From assembly GCA_964016885.1 (NCBI GenBank), contig OZ024751.1, positions 7,316,001 to 7,380,000 on the forward strand: a stretch of DNA of 64,000 bases. Reading direction: 5' to 3'. Source of the stretch: Eledone cirrhosa (Eukaryota). Positions within the stretch are counted from its first letter, which is position 1. Each line of letters starts with the position of its first letter. Below, one piece after another: positions 55,021 through 64,000 of this stretch. The translations under genes were made by a program, and so were the position numbers. The notes beneath the pieces are model-generated. The model did not search any database, was not told the origin of the DNA, and worked only from the letters and a program-made list of their open reading frames with translations.

Positions 55021-56173
55021 TATATATATATATATATATATAATGCAATGCGTACGAGGGATTTTCTGTTTACATATATAATATATTAACTCAGGTGATA
55101 ATGTCCTTATGTCTTTCAATTTTAAAAATAAAGAATTGTATTTCGCAACTTAATCTTGCAGTATGTTAAAGTCGATGAATACAACACCTGATAGTGATTG
55201 GAGATAGAACTCATCGTAAATAAGTGTAAATATTTTTTATATCACAGAGACACGCTCTGAAGGTGAAGTTAATCAACAAGTAAATCAATTTGTTGTCAAA
55301 TAGATATAAGATTGGAAGTTATCTTCTTTGCGGCTGCCAAATCAATTAATTCCTTTAATTATTTTCCTCAATTAACTTTAGTCTATGCATATTTGTTGTG
55401 TTTCCTGATATTTACTTATATCTCACAAATGTTTATTTATCATTGCTTGCGGATATTTTACCATTTAATATCTGAATCTAAAAGCAGGAACGTCTGAGCC
55501 TGTACAAATATAAAAGTTATTAAATAAACTTAAACATATCATATAGATATTTTTGTTTTTTCACACATAAGAATAATTGACATGGAAACATTATTAAAAA
55601 ATATTATATATTTTCATCAATATCTTTAAAACGTAACACAATATTTAATCTATAGTACTTATGTTGCTCATTCAAATAATATATCGGCTTTCTGGACTTC
55701 AATACATTTAGAATTGACTTATTTCACCATTCCTTCGTTCATTTTTTCATTTTCTGATATTGTAACTAATATTCTAGAAGCCACATCACATGTACTCCGA
55801 ATTCAAATAAGATATAAATTGTCAATTCAGTGTTTTCAATGAAAAAAATTAAAACAGTGTTTGAACTTAGATGATCAATCTAAAAAATAAATCGAAAATG
55901 TATTCTTTGAAGATGCATGTTTGATGTTAATGATGCTGGTTTTCAAGAAGTTCACTTGATGATACTAGCTAACTGAATGGCATGAAACATCAAATATGAA
56001 GAAACACTTTAGTGTTATCTGAAGAGCCAACTTTAAGTATATTAATAGGAACTGCAAAGACATTTAAAAAAAAACATGTAAACTGAAAGACTAAAAAAGA
56101 CATTACTATACACTTACACAACGACACACTCATGTAGACTTGCTTACATACATTCACACAAACACATCCACAC

Positions 56174-56282
<109 letters not shown>

Positions 56283-56360
56283 CATGCATGCACGCACACA
56301 CAAACTCATATGTGTGTGTATATATAGAGAGATGTAAAATCCCGACCGCGGCGCCATGTT

Positions 56361-56395
<35 letters not shown>

Positions 56396-56581
56396 GTTAT
56401 TTTGTTTGACCCCTTTAGCTTGCTTCGTTTTCTTTTTGGCTTTGGTGGTTGATAGCTTCTTATGGCCTTTATAACATATGTGTATTGCTCTGATCTCTTT
56501 TGGTCCATGGAGCGCGCTTAGCAAACAAATCGGAAATTGAGTTTTGATTATTTCTACCCGCCGAAATACGATTCTCGCTGA

Positions 56582-56620
<39 letters not shown>

Positions 56621-56924
56621 TATGTTTTTAGCCACGGGGAACTCACTTCTTTCAAATCGATGTTTTATTTAAAAAATCCGCGTTTGTTTCTCTCTCTGTT
56701 CATTATATCTGTTTTTAAAGGACTTAGCGTCCAAACAAACTGACATTAATTGTATTAACTTTTGCATATTCTCTATCTCATCTCCTTCTCGGCTAATCAA
56801 TATGGTGTACCTCGTCAATATCTTTTCAATTTCAGATCAGGGATTAGTCACCAATTTGCTATTATTTTTGAATATGCTTTAAGATTATCATCTTATCTTT
56901 CATTCATTGTTACTGTCTTCTGTG

Positions 56925-57320
56925 CATTATTGAGTTCAACTCCCGCCGAGGTTGACTTTGCCTTTCATCCTTACGGGGGTCGATAAAATAAAGTACCAGT
57001 AATGCACTGGGTAATTGCTGGCCTTGTGCCAAAAGTAGAAACAATTATTTTATCGGTAGAGGGTCGGACATGCTTTCCAGCATAGTTAAGTCCCTTTACG
57101 GTCTGAGTTCAAATCCAGCCGAGGTTAACTTTGCCTGTTATCCTTACGGGGTCGATAAAATAAAGTACCAGTAATGTACTGCATAATTGATGGCCTTGTG
57201 CCTAAACTAGAAACAATTATTTTTGAGAGTTGCCTTTCATCCTTACGGGGTCGATAAAATAAAGTACCCGTAATGCACTGGGTAAGTGTGGCCTTGTGCC
57301 AAACGTAGAAACAATTATTT
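56925..57320 (+). mobile_element. Tandem array of three SINE bodies
   Basis: Three repeats of GCCTTTCATCCTTACGGGGTCGATAAAATAAAGTACCAGTAATGCACTG...TAGAAACAATTATTTT. Confidence 0.85.
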
Positions 57321-57619
57321 TTTAGTATTGGGTCATACTATCGTCTTGCCTTTTCCGCATTTGATTCTATCTCTTGGGCACTATATCTAGTTGTATCGAC
57401 CTTAAAGCACCGAAACAACCTATCTCTAGCGGTTGACAGATGTGATGGAACTACAGTTTCCATTCGTTCATTTTACTGTCACCGCCCATATTTTATATAT
57501 ATATTGAAGTATTAAAGTACTTTATAGGCAGTCGCTCTGTAGAGGACAAACAATACTTTGAACACCACACAGGAAAAGCGATAACTGTTTTAGCAGCATT
57601 TATATTTACGATGCCAACC

Positions 57620-58250
57620 AGTTCCCTCCCCCAAGATTGAATATCCAGCAAAACTTGCCCCTCAGTCAACACGTATCAAAATAGTCAAAGCTGTTAAGAT
57701 TGAAGCAGTTTGTATCCCCTCTCTTGCGTTGGCATGATCCAACGTGCCTCAAATGCCTTCCCAACTTGCGGATGCAACAGTTGCACTTGATATTGCGAGA
57801 TTGCACGAATACGTTAATGCTATAGCACTTGAAGAAGTTGGCTCGATTTCAGTTAGAATGATTGCTTCCGACGATACCATCCTTCCCCTCCGTGAAGTGG
57901 CTTGTGTCAAGCGCATCTCAAATTTCAAACTCTATCCAACCCTTCTCCAGTATGTATCATTACCATGATGCCGTCCCTGTTAGCATGTAGGTTCCGATGA
58001 CTTATTCCCTTCACAGATTTGTTGTTCTCCCAAACTGCTAAGACCGAGCGTCGCCTGCTGGGTATGAAACTGCAGTCACTAACAGATTCATTCATGGTGA
58101 CCTATATCTCAATGCATGTAATCTATTCCTTTCGGATAGCGTGAATATGAAAAGGCGGTATATGCCTTTCGACAGTTCATGAATATGTGTCCACCTGAGT
58201 CCGTTTTGACAGATTCTAGCACCTCAGCTTCAAGTTCGACATAAAAATTG
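57620..58250 (-). pseudogene. Possible highly decayed MULE-type transposase relic
   Basis: Minus-strand fragments IHELSKGIYRLFIFTL, AIILTEIEPTSSSAIALTY and FDYFDTC*L occur in the order of MULE motifs TIH..PLV..LL, I.TDFE.A...A and DYF..TW. Weak and broken. Confidence 0.3.
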
Positions 58251-58557
58251 CAGTTAACTCTCCGCGACGTGATACGTAGCTCATATTTACCGCACCCTGT
58301 CCTACCCCGTCAGTCGACTAGTTGGCATTCATGTCTTATTAGCTCCCGAGTATTTTCCTTGCTTCTGGTATTATTCCATCTTCTATCAGTGTACAACCTG
58401 CAACTTCTTAAGCAATCCTCTCTTCGCTCTCAGTGTAGACGATATTGGACACGTTGGAAGTAGCCTTACGTTGCCATTAAATGTGTGGTGCATGGATGAG
58501 GCGGATAAACATTCGGCCAATGTTTTTACCGCTGTGCTAAAGTCACATAACGTTATG

Positions 58558-58760
58558 AGGGGGTGGATTGGCAGTATCGGTAGAGCGTCCGGGACCATGC
58601 TTTGCAGCATAGTTATGGTCATGTCCGTTCTGATGTTAGCTTTTGCATTCATCCTTACGGGATATATAAAATAAAGCGCTAGTAAAGCATTGGGGTCGAT
58701 TTAATTGACTTCCCCCTCTCCCCAAATTGCTGACCTTGTGCCTATAGTAGATATCGTTAT
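58558..58760 (+). mobile_element. tRNA-derived SINE, diverged
   Basis: GGATTGGCAGTATCGGTAGAGCG...CTTTTGCATTCATCC...TGGGGTCGAT...CCTTGTGCCTATAGTAGA. Confidence 0.7.
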
Positions 58761-59528
58761 TAGTAGCACTGTATATCTCTCTCTAGCAGAGTATATGAGC
58801 TATTGCCAATTTCCTTCTATTCAAGATTTTTTATGGCATAGGAATACATCATTAGACATAAACAGTGTCAGTCACCGGACACTATATATATAAATCTAAC
58901 AGAGAATACTTAAATCTATTTTAAGGTAATAGAATGTGAATATAGCAAGTAATATAAAGGGATAGCATAGGAAAAATTGATAGATTATCTAATATAAAGA
59001 CCTAATAAAGTAAAGACTGTGATACGTTATCCATACTTAGTTGAATATTATTGGTTCCCTTAACAATTCTAATTCCCTTGGAGGAAGCAATAATTTCACA
59101 CTAGTTCATATTTGCCTCTAATATATAAAGCACTTGTGCACAGACCATATAATGATATAAAATATATGTTTCAATAATCAGGATATCACAATTGCTTTTA
59201 CTTCTGATGACCAGAATAGTGATGCCATTTATTACATCGTCTCATGAGTTCACCAGTTAGCAATTATATAATACATTCAATCCTAATTTGTTAAACATAT
59301 ATGATAAACCGTGCTGTAATCATCTAACGTTATCCATTCATGGCAGAAATCCCCAGTGAAAATATATGCATTACTCAAATTACTAGTATAACTCGTATTT
59401 GAATGCCGTTGAATTTGTATCTGTGAATACCTTGTTTTAGACGGTAATCTTTATATTACCATAAAATATGATACGGGTATATATATAATATTAATGATAT
59501 ATATAATATTAATAAACAGGACGAGGTG

Positions 59529-59676
<148 letters not shown>

Positions 59677-59844
59677 GCAAAAGGCAAACAGAATTAACAA
59701 ACCAAACGACACAGTACAATAAAGAAATAATTTATTAGTTTTCCGCCTGATATATTAGGAAAAGAGTCAATGTTTTCCACATAATCAAAATTATAAAGTT
59801 TCCAGTCCGGGTTTCTGTTGTTCTTTTTAATAAATGTATATATA

Positions 59845-60445
59845 TCATCATCATCATCATCGTCGTCGTTTAACGTCTATTTTCCACAGTAGCTAGCATG
59901 TGTTAGACGGGAATTGTCTCACTTGAGGAAAGATTCATCGGATGACCGTGTCTCACTCGTATAGAACTGTATCTGGCAGATTGTCTACAGCTGGATGCCC
60001 TACCTAACACCAACCACATTTACAATGTGGACTCGGTGTTTTTCTTTTGCCGTGACACCTACATGACCTCTTTAGTTTGGACTGGATGTTGTGTTACCAA
60101 TATAACTTTACAGAGAAAGGGTGTTGTTGGTGGGAGTGGGAGGATGGAGTAGGGTTAGTGGGTTGTGGAGTATATTTGGTTAAGAGGTGCCTACTGACTG
60201 TAGATTAACTTTGTACGTAGGGAAGGCGGGTCTTCACTATTACTACGTAGCGCCAAAGATCTCGATCCACTGACATTGTCTTAGAGAGGTGTAAGAGTGC
60301 AAGGTCGGATTTTATCATTTCGTCCCAGGTATTTCCGGGTCTACCTACTACGTAACTTCCATCAATTTTGATCGCTCTGCACTTTTTTATGCAGTTGTCG
60401 TCTTTCATGCGCATCACATGATCATACCAACGTAATTTTCTCTCA
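59845..60445 (-). mobile_element. 3' end of RTE-clade LINE with (GAT)n tail
   Basis: LRWYDHVMRM..GRPGNTWDEMIKSDL..DRDLWR. The tail appears as (CAT)n at 59845. Confidence 0.8.
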
Positions 60446-60454
60446 AATAAGCAG

Positions 60455-61045
60455 CAAATTTACCCTTATGTTATATGGATAAATTAGAGAACATAGAAAT
60501 AAAAATAGAATCTTCACACAGAAAAGACGCAATGGTTAGACAAATCACAGAGGCAATGAACATAAATGAACTCCAACCATAATTAAATAGAAAACATGAA
60601 TGGAACAGCAACATCACAACTTACAATTAAGGACAAAATGTAAACACACACACACACATAGAAAAAAACAACCAACCAGTAACATATAAATAAACAAATA
60701 TAAAGACACACAGACACCCGGTTGTAACACATGCGCAAACTAAGCACACAACACACACAAAAACAAGATGGCGTAGGACAGAGCAAAGGAGAGGCACAAA
60801 TACAAAGAACAGAATCCCATTCACTGAAGAGGTCACAGAATGTGTGACGAAAGAACTTTGAGAATATATGAACAATCATCAGGTTGTGGAACCAACCAAC
60901 CAACTGGTAATTTATGAATTCCTAAATTTATAAATTTAATTTATAATGAATTGAAGGTAAACACCTGGTGCGTGTGTTTCTTATTGGCAACATGACCCAC
61001 CCAAAGTATAACAATATCGGTTTCAACACACGATTTCAGATAAAG
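60455..61045 (+). mobile_element. PLE 3' end (GIY-YIG C-terminus + UTR with hammerhead)
   Basis: RQITEAMNINELQP*LNRKHEWN near 60537-60606, a typical PLE endonuclease ending. The right boundary is approximate. Confidence 0.65.
60819..60865 (+). ncRNA. Minimal type-I hammerhead motif
   Basis: TCA CTGAAGA G GTCACA-GAATG-TGTGAC GAAAG AA CTT TGA: 6-bp stem II, one extra nucleotide after A9, CUU triplet. Confidence 0.75.
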
Positions 61046-61089
61046 AATATATATATATATTCGTGTGTGTATGTGTATGCGCGTGTATG

Positions 61090-61182
<93 letters not shown>

Positions 61183-61586
61183 GATTATGTCAGTCATCAT
61201 AAAATTGTGCCGAGGATAAAACAAATGATGCCAAGAGTACAGTGGTCTTCTATTATATTTTGTCGATATTTTAAGTACTACATACGGTTTTTCTATATTC
61301 TTTGCCCTTTATAACTGATTGCAGTTGTAGCACTGTAATCATGTATGTATTTGGGGAAAAGTTTAATCAATGCTAATCTGGCATTAACGCGCTAACACTC
61401 TAAACTTCTAGCAATCATAGTGCGTTTTTCTTATTCTATTTTTACTCTGTAATACTACTTCTTTGACTGAGTCTATTCTTCCGAATTTATCGACGGATGG
61501 CATCAGTAAATACAATATATGCTCCTTATTTCCATTCTCTCACATCTTCTTTTTCTCTCGTCTCATTATTTCCCGTGCACTCTCTC

Positions 61587-61588
<2 letters not shown>

Positions 61589-61672
<84 letters not shown>
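61589..61672. repeat. (CT)n microsatellite
   Basis: Direct reading. Confidence 0.95.
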
Positions 61673-61878
61673 TGTTCTCCATCTTTAGCTTCTAACTTTC
61701 TCTCTCACCGTTTTCGTCTCCACACTAACAGATATCCACAATGGTTGACATTTTCAGTGTACTAGCTAGATATATACATTAATTATAGCGTAACCCTATT
61801 CTAAATATGGGCAACTTTAACATTACGTATGGAACGAGTGTCTTAAGGCTACAATTGTCAGTTGAATAACCAAATAGC

Positions 61879-61909
<31 letters not shown>

Positions 61910-62199
61910 TATTTGGTGAGGGTTATAATTTTATAATATTGCCAGAGATAATAATGATTTCTAGTATAGGCACAAGGCCAGTAATTTGAAGGGCAAACCT
62001 TTTACCGGGCGATGGCAATGCTAAAAAATGACAGGCAGAAATGTGGCTCTTTAAACCAGCCAAAGACGTGCACCCTCAGGCATAAACATGGCAACTATAT
62101 GCTCTTCTGTGACTTTCCATTGCTTGGTTCTGACTGTTTGTTCTCGTGTCTCTTTTAAAACCTCCCATACTTTCACATTCCTTGCCACATTCCTTACAA

Positions 62200-64000
62200 C
62201 TTTACAGATCATAATCTATATGATGTCTCCTGATATGATTTTGTTCATGTCTAATCAAACCAGCTTTGCTCGAGCAGACTCGACCACAGTTCTGGCAAAC
62301 CAGATGTTGCTCAACAGCAGGCGAATCAGAACAATACCTGTTCCACGCCTTCATTTTCAGTGTTAGGTCTTCTCTTAGACGAGTTTCAAAGTGTTCACTT
62401 TGTTTTTTTCCCATTCGTCAGATGAAATTCCAGCGTAAGCCAAGGTGACCCGGACACAGTCCCGGTCCCGCATTTTTGTTTTTTTCTGGTGGTCGCCTTC
62501 CTTCGCACAGTTCACCCTAGAGAAGTTGCTTTGGAATACAATCATCAGACATCCGAACCACGTGACCGCACCTCCTCAACCGATGCCGAAAGATCATGTT
62601 CTCTATGCTCATGTACCTGCTCCGTTCGAGAAATTCCCCATCGCACCCCAAGTAACTTACGAAGAGATTTCTCGATTCTTAAGGATATTTCATCCTGAAG
62701 TGTGCATGAATTGTTCATCGTACTACCAAGGTAAACACATTTGTCAGCAACTTGTAGCCCCTTTCTGTACACGTTCACACTTGGTGTAGTGTATTCTTTC
62801 CCAGGTGCTGGCTGGTACACCGCAACAGTTTTTTCCAATCTTTTTGTGTGGTCCAATGAGCTGCAAGATGCAGAATAAGAGTTCATAAGATGCTGCATGT
62901 CGCTTTGTGAGTGTGCAAAAAGATCTCAGTCATCTGCATACAAAAGCTGTCGGAGAAAAGATGTTAATACCTTCGTGCTTTCATCAAAGCGCCTGATATT
63001 GCAAAGCAACCTACCTGAAGTGCGATACCTGATCTAAAATCCATGCGAGTAATTTTTCATTATTTCCATGAGAAACGCTACCGTAACATATGAGGAAAAC
63101 AGAGTTGGAGCCGGAATGTCCCCCTGCTTCACTCCATTTCCTACTGATATTGGTGCAGAGATGGTACCACCAATAATGACCCAAGCCTTCATGTCAGCAT
63201 GGACAAACATACATAATTTTCACAAACTTTGGTGGGTATCAAAGTTTTTCCAAAACTGACAACAGCTCAGTTCGATTGACGTTGTCGGAAGCCTTTGGCA
63301 AGTCAACAAAGACCTGCAGAAAAGTTCATATCCACTGTTTCTTTTTCATTTCTAAACCCACACTGCGACTCAGGCAACACATTCAGAGCAGCCTTTGAGA
63401 TCAATCTACCCATAAAAATTCGACACATGACTTTACCAGCTACTGAAAGAAATGATATGCCACTATAATTGCCACATTTCTCTTTCTCACTCCATCATTT
63501 CCTTTATGGAGAATCACCATTAGCGCATCCTTCCAATCTTGTCGGACACTCATCTTTCCACACCTTTTTCAACACCAAATAGGTTTTTCCCTGCAAAAGC
63601 CACACCTACTTCCCTTTTGCATCCTGCTGCTCTGCCACTCCAGTAAAACGTGTAGCCACTGGACATCTCAATGATATGACTTTCTTAAAGTAACCTTGTT
63701 TCAGATAAAGCAACAATGTCCGTATTGTATTGTCTCAACTGTTTGGCAACAAGAGCTGATCTTCTTTCTGGTCGTGGCTCTGATTCTGAAGACACCCAAT
63801 CTAATAAGGTCCCGATGTTCCAGCAACCAATATTCAGAGGATTCTTCTTCTTCTTCTTCTTCTTCTTCTTCTTCTTCTTCTTCTTCTTCTTCTTCTTCTT
63901 CTTCTTCTTCTTCTTCTTCTTCTTCTTCTTCTTCTTCTTCTTCTTCTTCTTCTTCTCAGTGGCAGGATGACGACCGGACCCAGACCCCTTCACCATCAGT
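62200..64000 (-). mobile_element. Decayed RTE-clade (BovB-like) LINE with internal deletion
   Basis: Endonuclease start NIGCWNIGTLLD..RPERRSALVA..DIVALSETRL; RT remnants GVKQGDIPAPTLF and LLYADD; C-terminal CQNC..HEQNH zinc finger. Endonuclease jumps to RT near 63590. Confidence 0.85.
63842..63956. repeat. (TTC)n/(AAG)n pure trinucleotide run inside the LINE 5' region
   Basis: About 38 perfect units, giving the poly-K and poly-F ORFs. Confidence 0.95.

Overview
This is an AT-rich, (TA)n-saturated stretch of animal nuclear DNA. The SINE motifs suggest an octopus or other cephalopod, which is an inference from recalled motifs. No host protein-coding gene can be supported; almost all listed ORFs are microsatellite translations. 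The real coding sequence is retroelement-derived: one near-complete Penelope-like element (PLE; RT + GIY-YIG, 12500-14470 minus), four or five further PLE relics, a CR1/L2-group LINE (18850-22280), several RTE-clade LINE fragments, many tRNA-derived SINEs and a Helitron/Helentron-like element. The striking signal is RNA-structural. Read by eye, about 13 sequence-distinct families (about 23 copies) of minimal type-I hammerhead ribozyme (HHR) motifs are present. They lie in PLE 3' ends and in small non-coding 320-600 bp tandem units (retrozyme-like). Most of these units are joined as divergent fold-back palindromes and sit inside (TA)n. Five sequence-distinct families carry the compensatory U3:A8 core (UUGAnAA) instead of C3:G8 (CUGAnGA), so canonical-motif searches would miss them. 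All ribozyme calls are manual pairings and need folding, covariance-model and cleavage confirmation.
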